52,408 nt of DNA from Verrucomicrobiota bacterium (GTDB taxonomy: Bacteria; Verrucomicrobiota; Lentisphaeria; Lentisphaerales; Lentisphaeraceae), in NCBI GenBank assembly GCA_039798785.1, contig JBDKFG010000069.1, positions 1 through 52,408 of the forward strand, in the 5' to 3' direction. The notes beneath the pieces were generated by a model. The model made no database searches. It was not told the origin of the DNA and was given only the letters and a program-made list of their open reading frames with translations. The first letter of the stretch is position 1, and every line of letters begins with the position of its first letter. The position numbers and the translations under genes are program-made. Positions 26,334-38,404 of the stretch are shown in pieces.

Positions 26334-27113
26334 ATGCCGCAAATCCTGATCACCCTCGGCGTGCTCCTGATCTTCGCCACCGGCATCCTCCTGGTGCGCA
26401 GCGCCGGTCAACCTCGCTCCGTGCCACGCAGATTCTCCGGTCTGATCCTACTCGCCATCGCCATCGCCGCCGCCGCCCTCATCGCCTTCCTGCCGGATCC
26501 CTACGCCCGGAATGTGACGCCGGCGGAAGAGGCCCTCCGCCTCGCCGGCCCCTGGCGTCTCGGCCAGGAAGTGGCGGCCGCACTCGATCGCAAGCCCGCC
26601 CGCATCGTCGTCATCGCCGCCCCCGAGGACCTCAAGCCCGGCGCCTACGGAAGCTCGAATCTCCAGGCCTTGCAGGAAGGTGCCGGAGGCCCGCAAGCTC
26701 ACTCCTGGGCGGTCTATTCCGTCGCCGATCTCAACCGCCTCGCCGGCGAGCCTCGGCAGCCCGGCAGCGACCCCGAAATCCTCAAGGACCGGCCGCGTGC
26801 CGCCGCGCTGCCCAGACTCCTGCAGCTCAAACCCCGCCCCGACGCTATCGTCCTCCTCTCCGGACTGCCCCCACAGGAGGAATTGGAGGGACTGGAGGAA
26901 TTCGGCCTGGACCGCGATGCCGCCCTTTGGCCGCCACTCTATGCCCTCGAATCTCCCGGCGGCGCCGCCGTAAACCTGATGCGGGACGGCATCCTCCGGG
27001 CCATCGTCCATTTCCAATTCAGCGACCACGGCTTCGATCCGCGCTCCCCACTGGACGTGGAAGCCGCCGCGAGACTCGCCTGGCGCGTCGCTGCCCCCCG
27101 CCCGAACCCTTGA
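26334..27113 (+). CDS. Membrane-anchored protein (2 TM plus alpha/beta domain), prepilin partner
   Basis: GAGG RBS; two TM helices; remote similarity to 11824..12600. Confidence 0.7.
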   Translation: MPQILITLGVLLIFATGILLVRSAGQPRSVPRRFSGLILLAIAIAAAALIAFLPDPYARNVTPAEEALRLAGPWRLGQEVAAALDRKPARIVVIAAPEDLKPGAYGSSNLQALQEGAGGPQAHSWAVYSVADLNRLAGEPRQPGSDPEILKDRPRAAALPRLLQLKPRPDAIVLLSGLPPQEELEGLEEFGLDRDAALWPPLYALESPGGAAVNLMRDGILRAIVHFQFSDHGFDPRSPLDVEAAARLAWRVAAPRPNP

Positions 27114-27172
27114 TTTCTTCGACATCTCGAAGTTCTTGAAGCAAAAGACGAAAACCCCAAACGGAGTCAATC

Positions 27173-28024
27173 ATGCGCCACATTCTCACCTGCCTTGTCG
27201 CCTTGGGAATCAGCAGCTGCACCGAAAAGATCCCTCAAAACCCCGCCGAGCCCGCCCCAAGCACTCAACGGCAAGTGCCTCCTGAAGTGCCAGCCCCCAT
27301 CCGCGGGCAGGACTACCGCCTCGTCTTCTCCGAGGACTTCGATGGTCCCTCCGGCAGCACCGCCGCCCAGGAACGCTGGAGCCCCTGGGCCCTCGGCACC
27401 AGGAAAGGAGCCTTCAACGTCGCCGACAGCTGTCGCCTCGACGGCCAAGGCCACCTTCTCATCAATGTCCGCCGCAATGAGGGACGCATCGAGACCGGCG
27501 GCCTCACCACTCGCGGCAAGTTCGAGGCCACCCACGGCTATTTCGAGTGCCGCTGCAAGCCCCACGCCGCCTCCGGCGCCTGGTCCGCCTTCTGGATCCA
27601 AAGCCCGAGCATCGGCAAGCCACTCGGCGACGCCGCCAAGGCCGGCGTCGAGATCGACGTCCTGGAGTGCTTCCCCGGCCACAAAAGATACAAGCGGGAC
27701 GCCCGCCACACCGCCCACTGGGACGGCTACGGCAGCGCTCACAAGCAGGAGTCGGTGGGCAAGCTCGTCCCCGACATCACCGAGGCCTTCCACACCTACG
27801 CGGTGAAGTGGGACGACTCTGGCTACGTCTTCTACATCGACGGAGTCGAAAGCGGCCGCTGGAAAAACGTGCCGGTGTCCAAACGCCCGCAATACCTGAT
27901 CATCTCCTGCGAAGCGGAGAAATGGGCCGGCAAGATTGAAGAGGCGCTGCTGCCCTCGGACTTCATAGTCGACTATGTCCGCGTCTGGCAGACACCGGCC
28001 CAGGCCGCGGCGGACAAGCGCTGA
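27173..28024 (+). CDS. Glycoside hydrolase family 16 lipoprotein
   Basis: LGISSC lipobox; LVFSEDFDG, HGYFECR, WSAFW, catalytic EIDVLE, FHTYAVKW, VDYVRVWQ. Confidence 0.9.
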   Translation: MRHILTCLVALGISSCTEKIPQNPAEPAPSTQRQVPPEVPAPIRGQDYRLVFSEDFDGPSGSTAAQERWSPWALGTRKGAFNVADSCRLDGQGHLLINVRRNEGRIETGGLTTRGKFEATHGYFECRCKPHAASGAWSAFWIQSPSIGKPLGDAAKAGVEIDVLECFPGHKRYKRDARHTAHWDGYGSAHKQESVGKLVPDITEAFHTYAVKWDDSGYVFYIDGVESGRWKNVPVSKRPQYLIISCEAEKWAGKIEEALLPSDFIVDYVRVWQTPAQAAADKR

Positions 28025-28362
28025 AAGAATCCGCCAGGGCATGTCCGGAGATCTTCCTCTGCGCTCAAAATGCAATCAATGCAGCACGTATCCAAAACAA
28101 TCATTTTTGACCTTCGCTCCTGCTGCTCGACCCGCATGGGGTCGAGCGATAGAATTCGGCAGAATCCAAACCGGAAGCTTTTTTGCAGGGGTTCCCTGCA
28201 TGCCTCATGAGGCATCTTGGATACGCGTGGTCAATACAGTCGATATCTGCCGATCGGGACGATTGAACCACATTGAGCAACTCAAGCTGGAAGCTCGAGC
28301 CACTTCAGCCTTTGCTGCGTTTCACATGCACCTGCAGGAGGGGCTGCCGGCTGTTCCCGGAT

Positions 28363-28827
28363 TTACCGCTGCAACTCCTTTTCAAAGGCCTCCACCGTCG
28401 CGGCCTCGCTCTGGCGTTTTTCGACATGGCCGTCCGCCATCAGGCAGAGCACCAGCCCCGGATGATAGCCCCAGATCCCTGGGCGAGTGAAAAGAATCAC
28501 CTCGTCAGGTTTCAGGTTCTTCAAGGTCTTGCCGGCGCCGCGGTAGATCAGGTCGGGATCAGCAGGAGGGAAGGGGCGGTCTCTGTTTTGCGTGGCGAGG
28601 TAGAGATCATGTATAAAATCCCGGTTCAGAACGGAAGGAAGGTGACCGTGTTCGTTGGCGTAGGTTTCAAGCGACCACCCCAAGTGCTTCAACTCGCTTT
28701 TCTGCGAGCCGATGAAATGCTTTTCCGAACACCACAGCAGAAGGGGGCGACACGCCAAGAAAGCGCATAGGAGCAGGATGATGCCGATGAAGGCGCGCCA
28801 AGGGGTGATGGCCATGACAATCTCCAA
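28363..28827 (-). CDS. Small H-X9-DG domain protein with N-terminal TM helix
   Basis: LKHLGWSLETYANEH..LP and HPGLVLCLMADGHVE; start uncertain. Confidence 0.65.
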   Translation of the reverse strand: MEIVMAITPWRAFIGIILLLCAFLACRPLLLWCSEKHFIGSQKSELKHLGWSLETYANEHGHLPSVLNRDFIHDLYLATQNRDRPFPPADPDLIYRGAGKTLKNLKPDEVILFTRPGIWGYHPGLVLCLMADGHVEKRQSEAATVEAFEKELQR

Positions 28828-28836
28828 TGAAGAGTT

Positions 28837-29382
28837 TTAGAAAAACTTCGCTGGCCGACCATTGCGGTCGTGCCGGCCGCCATTGAACTTCGGTCGCCGG
28901 GGCAGGCTTTTCCAGAGGAATCGCGAGATCGCCACCAGCATCACCAGGCTGAAGCCGAGGAAGAGCGAGCCGAAGATCGGATCGGTGGCCGAGATGCCGT
29001 GATCGCCGGAAAGCACGGCGTTAATTCCATTGGCGGGATCGACTAGGCAGCTCTGCGCACTGGCGACGGGGTAGCGGCCGATCCATTTGTCGGCATCATG
29101 GTCGCTGACCGGATTGCCGCAGTGCACCATGTCGCCGATCAAGGTCTGGCCAGCGATCTGATATTCATAGCGGATCTGGGCCTTGAAAGAGGGCCTGTGA
29201 CGCCTGTGGGGAATGGTCTGGATTTCGGCTGAGAGAATCTTGCAGGGCGTCGGGGTCCACGACTTCGCTTCATGGGCTCGGATGAGAGGCAGGAACACCG
29301 TGTCCTTGAGGATCATCACGCCGAAGATGGCCATGGCCAGGCTGAGGATGAGGGCACCGAAGAGGGGGAGGGATTTATTCAT
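28837..29382 (-). CDS. DUF3592-like membrane protein
   Basis: TM, SWTPTPCKILSA, IRYEYQIAG, RYPVA..VDP.N..AVL, TM. Confidence 0.75.
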   Translation of the reverse strand: MNKSLPLFGALILSLAMAIFGVMILKDTVFLPLIRAHEAKSWTPTPCKILSAEIQTIPHRRHRPSFKAQIRYEYQIAGQTLIGDMVHCGNPVSDHDADKWIGRYPVASAQSCLVDPANGINAVLSGDHGISATDPIFGSLFLGFSLVMLVAISRFLWKSLPRRPKFNGGRHDRNGRPAKFF

Positions 29383-29425
29383 GCATGAGGACCTTAAGGA
29401 GGCGTTGATGAGCTGGTCTCTGAGT

Positions 29426-29680
29426 TCAGTAGTGATATCGCAACTGGGCGATCAGCAAGGCATCGCCTTCGACCTTGTAGACGATGCGGTGCTCGTCGCT
29501 GATGCGGCGCGACCAGAAGCCTGCAAGAGCGTGCTTGAGGGGTTCCGGTTTGCCGATGCCATGGAAGGGATGCCGCTGGATCTCGCGAATCAGCTTGTTG
29601 ATCCGTTCCAGCATCTTGCGGTCCAGCCGCTGCCACTCGAGATAATCCTCCCAAGCCTCCTCGGCGAAGATCAGCTTCAT
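29426..29680 (-). CDS. yoeB: Txe/YoeB toxin
   Basis: AWEDYLEWQ, GIGKPEPLKH, WSRRISDEHRIVY, RYHY C-terminus. Confidence 0.95.
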   Translation of the reverse strand: MKLIFAEEAWEDYLEWQRLDRKMLERINKLIREIQRHPFHGIGKPEPLKHALAGFWSRRISDEHRIVYKVEGDALLIAQLRYHY

Positions 29681-29934
29681 CGGCTGAGCTTGCGCTCGAC
29701 GCCTTTGCCGGCGTTCAAATCCGCCACGGCCGACATCAGGCGCCGGGCGTTTTGCGGACTGCGCAGCAGATAGGCGGTTTCTTCCATCGCCTGATAATCT
29801 TCCAGCGAGATCATCACCACCGAGGGTTGGCCGCTGCGAGTGATGATCAAGGGTTCATGGTCGCTGCAGACGCGATCCATGGTCCCGGCAAGATGGGTGC
29901 GTGCGGCAGTGTAGCTGATGGCGTCCATAGGCAT
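29677..29934 (-). CDS. yefM: YefM antitoxin
   Basis: ISYTAARTHLA, PLIITR, EETAYLLRSPQNARRL; start could be 29928. Confidence 0.95.
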   Translation of the reverse strand: MPMDAISYTAARTHLAGTMDRVCSDHEPLIITRSGQPSVVMISLEDYQAMEETAYLLRSPQNARRLMSAVADLNAGKGVERKLSR

Positions 29935-29938
29935 TCTC

Positions 29939-29958
29939 CTGTACAGAAGAATGTACAG
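29939..29958. promoter_or_regulatory. YefM operator
   Basis: Two TGTACA palindromes (29940-29945 and 29952-29957), 12 bp centre to centre, as known for yefM-yoeB. Confidence 0.8.
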
Positions 29959-30097
29959 CTAAAGGCGGTGGCGCGCAAGGAGATTCCCCACTGGGCTCGC
30001 CGGCATCCTGCCGGCTGCGCTCCAGCTTGCAGTCGATGTCTGTCGATAGCACGAAATCTATTGATAGACATCGAGCCCTGAAATCGACTTCGAACGC

Positions 30098-31918
30098 TCA
30101 GCCCTTGCCGCGCTTCAAATGCACCTGCAAGAGCGCGATGTCGGCGGGGTTGACGCCGTCGATGCGGGCGGCGGAGCCGAGGGTGGAGGGGCGGTAGCGA
30201 TTCAGCTTGGTGATCGCTTCGCGACCGAGAGAAGGGATGGCGCTGTAGTCGAAATCGAGAGGCATGACCCAGTCCTCGAGGCGCTTCTGCTCGGCGACCA
30301 GAGCGAGCTCTTTTTTGATGTAGGGCTCGTAGTGGGCGTCGGCTTCACAGGCGTCGCGGACCTCCTGCGGCAGATGGCTGTCGCCAACCACCGAGGCGTA
30401 GGTGGCTTCGTTGCCGCCAAGGGTTTCCCACAGGGTCTTGCCGTGGTGACGAGTGGCGCGGAGTCGGGCGGTCTCTTCGAGGATGAGCCGCTCTTTTTCG
30501 CGGAAGGCATTGAGCTTGGCTCCGGAGAGCAGGCCGGCTTCGGCGGCGAGGGCGCAGAGACGGCGGTCGGCGTTGTCCTGGCGCAGCAGCAGGCGGTACT
30601 CGGCGCGCGAGGTGAAGAGGCGGTAGGGCTCGGTGATGTCCTTGGTCACCAGGTCGTCGACCATGACGCCGATGTAGGAGCTGTCGCGAGTCAGGGTCAG
30701 CGGCTTCTTGCCGGCGACGTGGAGCGCGGCGTTGGCGCCGGCGACGAGGCCCTGGCCGCCGGCTTCTTCGTAGCCGGAAGTGCCGTTGATCTGGCCGGCG
30801 GTGAAGAGGTTCAGCCAGGCCTTGAGACCGAGGCGGTTGTCGGTCTGGTGCGGCGAGATGACATCGTATTCGACGGCGTAGGCGTAGCGCGAGATCTCGG
30901 CTTTTTCGAGGCCGGGGATCGACTTGACGATGGCGACCTGCACGTCGATGGGCAAGGAGGTGGAAACGCCGTTGAGGTAGTACTCCTCGGTGTAGGCGCC
31001 CTCGGGCTCGAGGAAGACCTGGTGGGTGCCCTTGTCGGCGAAGCGGCTGACCTTGTCCTCGATCGAAGGGCAGTAGCGGGTGCCGATGGCCTTGATGGTG
31101 CCGTTGTACATCGGCGACAGGTGGAGGTTGTCCTCGATCACCTTCTTGGTCGCTTCCGAGGTGTGGCCGATCCAGCAGGCCATCTGCGGCACGCTGCCAC
31201 GGTCGATGCTGACGAAGTCCTTGTCGGTCTCGAAGAAGGAGAACTTGCCTTCTTCGCCGTCCTGGCGTTCGAAGGGGGCGAAGTCGATACTGCGGGCGAG
31301 GATGCGGCAGGGGGTGCCGGTCTTCAGGCGCATCAGCTCGAGGCCGAGGTCGCCGGTGAGGGATTTCGACAAGGCGTCGGAAGCCGGGTCGCCCTGGCGT
31401 CCGCCGGGGAGCTGGCGGGGACCGAAGTGCATCAGGCCGCGGAGGAAGGTGCCGGAGCAGATGACGAAGGCCTTGGCCTCGAGGATGTCGCCGTAGATGG
31501 TTTCGAGCGCAGCGACGCGGGTCCGCGAGGCGTCGGGGATGAAGCGCATGCCTTCGGCCATGTGGACGCTGAGGTTCGGGGTGCGTTCGACCACGTGTTT
31601 CATCCGGCGCTGGTAGAGGATCTTGTCGGACTGGCAGCGGGGCGACCAGACGGCGCGGCCGCGGGAGGAGTTGAGCATGCGAAACTGGATGCTGGTCGCG
31701 TCGGCGTTTTGACCCATTTCACCGCCGAGGGCGTCGATCTCGCGCACCACATGGCCCTTGGCGATGCCGCCGATACAGGGGTTGCAGCTCATCTGGCCGA
31801 TGTGGTCGAGGTTCTGGGTCAGCAGCAGGGTGTCGGCGCCGATGCGGGCCGAGGCGAGGGCCGCTTCGATGCCGGCGTGGCCGCCGCCGATGACGATGAC
31901 ATCCCAGTTCTTTTTCAT
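30098..31918 (-). CDS. mnmG: tRNA uridine-5-carboxymethylaminomethyl modification enzyme
   Basis: GGGHAGIEAA, MSCNPCIGG, RLKTGTP, RYCPSIEDK, GQINGTSGYEEA, TSRAEYRL. Confidence 0.97.
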   Translation of the reverse strand: MKKNWDVIVIGGGHAGIEAALASARIGADTLLLTQNLDHIGQMSCNPCIGGIAKGHVVREIDALGGEMGQNADATSIQFRMLNSSRGRAVWSPRCQSDKILYQRRMKHVVERTPNLSVHMAEGMRFIPDASRTRVAALETIYGDILEAKAFVICSGTFLRGLMHFGPRQLPGGRQGDPASDALSKSLTGDLGLELMRLKTGTPCRILARSIDFAPFERQDGEEGKFSFFETDKDFVSIDRGSVPQMACWIGHTSEATKKVIEDNLHLSPMYNGTIKAIGTRYCPSIEDKVSRFADKGTHQVFLEPEGAYTEEYYLNGVSTSLPIDVQVAIVKSIPGLEKAEISRYAYAVEYDVISPHQTDNRLGLKAWLNLFTAGQINGTSGYEEAGGQGLVAGANAALHVAGKKPLTLTRDSSYIGVMVDDLVTKDITEPYRLFTSRAEYRLLLRQDNADRRLCALAAEAGLLSGAKLNAFREKERLILEETARLRATRHHGKTLWETLGGNEATYASVVGDSHLPQEVRDACEADAHYEPYIKKELALVAEQKRLEDWVMPLDFDYSAIPSLGREAITKLNRYRPSTLGSAARIDGVNPADIALLQVHLKRGKG

Positions 31919-32169
31919 GGTGTTCTTTTCAGGGGAGTGAGGGAGTGGGGAGTAAGGGAGTGAGAGGTGTTCCTCTGGGGCCGCCGCAATCCTTGCGGCG
32001 TTGCGGCGTGCCTGCGTGGCCGCGAAATATACGCGGCTTGCGTCGGACGCAAAGAAGGGCGGGGCAATTGGGACACAGCTGAGTCGGAATTCCTTCGTGC
32101 AAAACTTGCTTCCTTCTCGATCTGAGGTCTAGATTCATCCAGGATCTATCCAAGCCCCCAGGTGAACTC

Positions 32170-32508
32170 ATGCTTAAGCGCCCCACCAAAATCGCCCTTG
32201 CCCTCGTCGCTCTGCTTGCCCTGGTGATTTTCGTTGTCAAGCTCAAGAAGGATTCCTATGATCAAAATGGCTATTATCAAGGACTGTCGATCAATGCCGT
32301 GAGGATTCAATCTGAGGGGGCCACCAGCAGAGGAGTTTTTAACTCGCCGATTGCGATCCAGGGCAGGACATTTGAGGTCAGAGAGCACTTGGATGGTTCG
32401 ATCGGTATTTTCGCTTGGCAGCCCGAGCCTGTTTTGATTCACAAGGTCCCGTCCATGCCCGTGACCATTCAATACCAAGGGGAAACCTTCACTTTCGAGG
32501 AAACATGA
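32170..32508 (+). CDS. Hypothetical single-pass protein
   Basis: GGTGA RBS-like sequence; N-terminal TM; visibly lower GC and atypical codon usage. Confidence 0.6.
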   Translation: MLKRPTKIALALVALLALVIFVVKLKKDSYDQNGYYQGLSINAVRIQSEGATSRGVFNSPIAIQGRTFEVREHLDGSIGIFAWQPEPVLIHKVPSMPVTIQYQGETFTFEET

Positions 32509-32512
32509 GCGT

Positions 32513-32600
32513 CCTGGGAGCGCGCCAGCCTTCTGGCGCCCTTTTTTCGCTGCCAGCGCAGAGTGCGAACACAGCGCCAGAGGGCTGGCGCGTTCCCAGG
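32513..32600. repeat. REP-like inverted repeat pair
   Basis: cctgggagcgcgccagccttctggcgc ... gcgccagagggctggcgcgttcccagg. Confidence 0.75.
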
Positions 32601-32712
32601 GACAGGCCGATTAAAAGACCGAAAAGCCCGTCGCCGCCCTTGGCGCTCCGCTAGCGCGGCGTAATATGTCCACCGTCTCCGCCCGGAAGCACCTGGGCGG
32701 AATCATCCCTTT

Positions 32713-33741
32713 ATGGACGGCAGAGTGAACGAGACACTAGAAATGGATCAGGAAGCGTCGCGGCGGCTCAAGGTGTACTACCTGGCCTCCGGAGCGATCG
32801 CCGTCCCTGGTCTTCTAGCCCTTCTCGCGCACCCCGGCATCGAAGTGGTCGGTATCGGCACTCAGCCGGACCGCCCCGCAGGCCGCAAGAACCACCTGAC
32901 TCCGACTCCGGTCGGCGCGCAGGCGGTCCAGCTCGGTCTGGCCTGCGACAAACCCGCATCTTGCAACGATCCCTCCTTCCTGGAGACTCTGCGCAAGATG
33001 AAGCTCGACGCCGTGGTTGTCGTAGCCTACGGACAGCTCTTGAAGAAGGATCTTCTCGGCCTGCCTCGCCTCGGCTGCGTCAATGTGCACGCCTCCTTGT
33101 TGCCGCGTTTCCGCGGAGCCTCGCCCATCGCCAGCTGCCTGCTGGCGGGGGACGCCCTCACCGGCGTCACCACGATGCTCATGGATCGCGGCTTGGACAC
33201 CGGACCTCAGCTCCGTCTCCACCCGCTTGCGGTGGCGCCGGACGAGACCGCCGGTTCCCTGGAGGCTAAGCTCGCCCGGCTCGCCGCCGAGATTCTTCCC
33301 GCCGATCTGCTGGACCTGGCGTCCGGGAAACTGGGGCCGACGCCTCAGGATTCCGCCGCCGCCACCCTCTGCGCCAAGATCTCCAAGAGCGAAGCCGCCC
33401 TGGACTTCTCGCTGCCCGCCCTCGAACTGGAGCGCCGCATCCGCGCCTACCAGCCCTGGCCGGGCGCCTTCACCTACGCCGCAGGCCCCAAAGGCCGCCG
33501 TCGCCTCGTCGTGACCGCCGCCGCCTGCGTCCCCCTTCCCCCCGGAGCCCCTCCCGGCAGCGTCATCGCCGCCGACAAGAAAGGCATTCAAATCGCTTGC
33601 GGCCAGGACGCTTTGCTCCTGACCCGGCTGATCCCCGAAGGCAAAGGCGAAATGTCCACGGCCGACTTCCTCCTCGGCTTCCCCCTCGCGGCCGGAACCG
33701 TCCTCAGCGCCAACCCCACCGCGGAACCCCCTTCTCCATGA
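32713..33741 (+). CDS. fmt: Methionyl-tRNA formyltransferase
   Basis: TQPDRPAGR, VAYGQLL, NVHASLLPRFRGASPI, MDRGLDTG, RAYQPWPGA; start may be 32743. Confidence 0.95.
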   Translation: MDGRVNETLEMDQEASRRLKVYYLASGAIAVPGLLALLAHPGIEVVGIGTQPDRPAGRKNHLTPTPVGAQAVQLGLACDKPASCNDPSFLETLRKMKLDAVVVVAYGQLLKKDLLGLPRLGCVNVHASLLPRFRGASPIASCLLAGDALTGVTTMLMDRGLDTGPQLRLHPLAVAPDETAGSLEAKLARLAAEILPADLLDLASGKLGPTPQDSAAATLCAKISKSEAALDFSLPALELERRIRAYQPWPGAFTYAAGPKGRRRLVVTAAACVPLPPGAPPGSVIAADKKGIQIACGQDALLLTRLIPEGKGEMSTADFLLGFPLAAGTVLSANPTAEPPSP

Positions 33742-35351
33742 AATCCCTCTACATCAACATCGAAAAACTCGAGACCCGCGTCGCTCTGGTCGAGAACAAC
33801 ATCCTCGCCGAGTACGAAGTCGAACGCTCCGATCAGGCCCGCCTCGTCGGCTCCGTCTTCAAAGGCCGGATCAAAAACCTCGAAGACTCCCTCCAAGCCG
33901 CCTTCGTCGACATCGGCTTCCAGAAAAACGCCTTCCTTCACTACTGGGACATGATCCCCGCCGCCAACAACGCCGGCCTCTTCGAAGACGGCGATGACGA
34001 CGAGATCGACGGCGATACCAAATCCGCCATGGACGCCGACATCGGCGACGGCTTCGTCGCCACTGTCAAGGCGAGCAGCTCGCAACAGGGCCAGCAGGAC
34101 AAGATCAAGGCCGAATCGGCCCGCATCCCCGAGCTCTTCCCGGTCGGCTCGGAAGTGGTCGTCCAGGTCACCAAAGGCCCGATCGGCACCAAGGGTCCCC
34201 GGGTCACCACCAACCTGTCGATCCCCGGCCGCTACCTGGTGCTTCTGCCTCACACCAGCCACGTCGGCGTCTCCAAGAAGATCCAGTCGGACAAAGAGCG
34301 CGCCCGCCTCCGCGGCATCCTCAAGAAGATGACCCTGCCGGAAGGCATGGGCGTCATCTGCCGCACCCTCGGCGAAGGCAAGAAGGAAGAGTTCTTCATC
34401 AACGACATCGAGATGCTTCTCGAAACCTGGAAGCAGATGGAAGAGACCCGGGTCAAGGGCCGCGCCCCAGTCTGCACCTACCGCGAACCGGACCTGGTCA
34501 CCCGCTCGATCCGCTACTTCCTCACCGACGACGTCGACGAGATCGTGGTCGACAACAAGGAAGCCTACAACAACATCCGCAAACAGGTCGCCAAGTTCCC
34601 CGACGTCGATGTCAACAAGCTCAAGCTCTACGAACAACCCAAGCCGATCTTCCAGAAGTACAACATCGCCCGCCAGATCCAGAACATCTTCGAGCGCAAG
34701 GTCGATCTGCCCTCCGGCGGCCACATCTGCATCGACGAGACCGAAGCTCTGATCTCGATCGACGTCAACTCCGGCAAGGCTCGCGGCGGCAAGGACCACC
34801 CCGAGACCATCCTCAACACCAACCTCGAAGCCGCCGAAGCGGTGGCCCGCCAGCTCCGCCTCCGCGACCTCGGCGGCCTGGTCGTTGTCGACTTCATCGA
34901 CATGCGCCAGAAGAAAGACCAGAACGCCGTCTACAAGCGCCTCAAGGACGCCTTGGTCAGCGACCGCTCGAAGACCAAGGTGATGCCGATCTCTCCCCTC
35001 GGCCTGCTCGAGATGACCCGCCAGCGCGAACACCAGTCCCTCAAGGACACGATGTTCATGTCCTGCCCCAACTGCAGCGGCAAGGGCGTGGTCAAGTCGC
35101 ACGTCTCGGTCTCGGTCGAGATCCAGCGCAAACTGCAGGAACTCTTGCGCCGTTCGCACAGCGAGCCGCTCGAGATCCGAGTCAGCTGCCACCCCGACAT
35201 CCTGGCCCGCCTGAAGACCGAAGACGCCAGCATCCTCCGCGACATGGAAGTCAAGCTTGGCGGCAACCTGAGCTTCCGCGCCGACGCCTCGATGCACATC
35301 GAGGACTTCCGGATCATCGATCCGAGCAGCGGCAAGGACTACAAGTTCTAA
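33738..35351 (+). CDS. rng: Ribonuclease E/G family endoribonuclease
   Basis: QAAFVDIG, VQVTKGPIGTKGPR, IDVNSG, LRDLGGLVVVDFIDM, CPNCSGKG; ATG 33738 overlaps the fmt stop. Confidence 0.9.
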   Translation: MKSLYINIEKLETRVALVENNILAEYEVERSDQARLVGSVFKGRIKNLEDSLQAAFVDIGFQKNAFLHYWDMIPAANNAGLFEDGDDDEIDGDTKSAMDADIGDGFVATVKASSSQQGQQDKIKAESARIPELFPVGSEVVVQVTKGPIGTKGPRVTTNLSIPGRYLVLLPHTSHVGVSKKIQSDKERARLRGILKKMTLPEGMGVICRTLGEGKKEEFFINDIEMLLETWKQMEETRVKGRAPVCTYREPDLVTRSIRYFLTDDVDEIVVDNKEAYNNIRKQVAKFPDVDVNKLKLYEQPKPIFQKYNIARQIQNIFERKVDLPSGGHICIDETEALISIDVNSGKARGGKDHPETILNTNLEAAEAVARQLRLRDLGGLVVVDFIDMRQKKDQNAVYKRLKDALVSDRSKTKVMPISPLGLLEMTRQREHQSLKDTMFMSCPNCSGKGVVKSHVSVSVEIQRKLQELLRRSHSEPLEIRVSCHPDILARLKTEDASILRDMEVKLGGNLSFRADASMHIEDFRIIDPSSGKDYKF

Positions 35352-35376
35352 GCTCTGCGCCAAGCGCAAAAAAGCG

Positions 35377-35410
35377 CCCCCCGTTTCTCGCAAGAGGAAC
35401 GGGGGATTTT
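35377..35410 (+). terminator. Terminator-like hairpin after the RNase E/G gene
   Basis: cccccgtttctc-gcaa-gaggaacggggg followed by atttt. Confidence 0.65.
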
Positions 35411-35454
35411 GCAGATAATCCCGACAAGACAAGAGGTCGGCACCCATGATCAGT

Positions 35455-35480
35455 AAAGAGCCGCGGCTTTCGCCGCGGCC
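35455..35480 (-). terminator. Terminator-like hairpin after glgP
   Basis: Minus strand gccgcggc-gaaa-gccgcggc-tcttt. Confidence 0.6.
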
Positions 35481-35495
35481 GACTTCATTTTGCGC

Positions 35496-37946
<2,451 letters not shown>

Positions 37947-38404
37947 GTGTGTCTCCCTTGGAGGTTGTGACCCGACCATTGTAGAATGATTGCTGGCGAA
38001 ACCCAAGGGGCCTTGTCGGCTTATTCCGGAAATTTCTCGCAGGAAGCGTGTCAAAAGGAGCCGAAGCCTCACGACAAGCCGCCAAGAACACGGATCAGGA
38101 ACGAGTGCCTCAGGCGCAATCCCCAAAAACCATCAAGCCAGTGCCCCGCAGCCGCGAAATGCAACCGAATTGCACTTCAACTACATGAACAACAACGACA
38201 AAAGCAGTCAAGGCAGAGAATGGGCTCCTGACGCCTCGAAAATCATTAAGCTCTTCCGCTGCAGCTCATCCTTAAATCAATCCTCCACCGCGGCGTTTAG
38301 AAAATCCGCCCGGATCGTCCGCCTCTGCACACTCCAGAAGCCCTCTTCCGAGACGGTGATCTTTGCCGTCTTGGGGTTAGATTGGCGCCCTGAAACCCTG
38401 AGGA

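Noticed and set aside
27973..28215. MIVLDTC resembling a PIN/VapC N-terminus near the TA locus
   Set aside because: Only a few residues match, the remainder lacks PIN features, and the ORF overlaps the GH16 end; at best an unprovable remnant
31932..31968. GA-rich short repeats (gggagtg/gggagta) upstream of mnmG
   Set aside because: Few degenerate copies; no interpretable function
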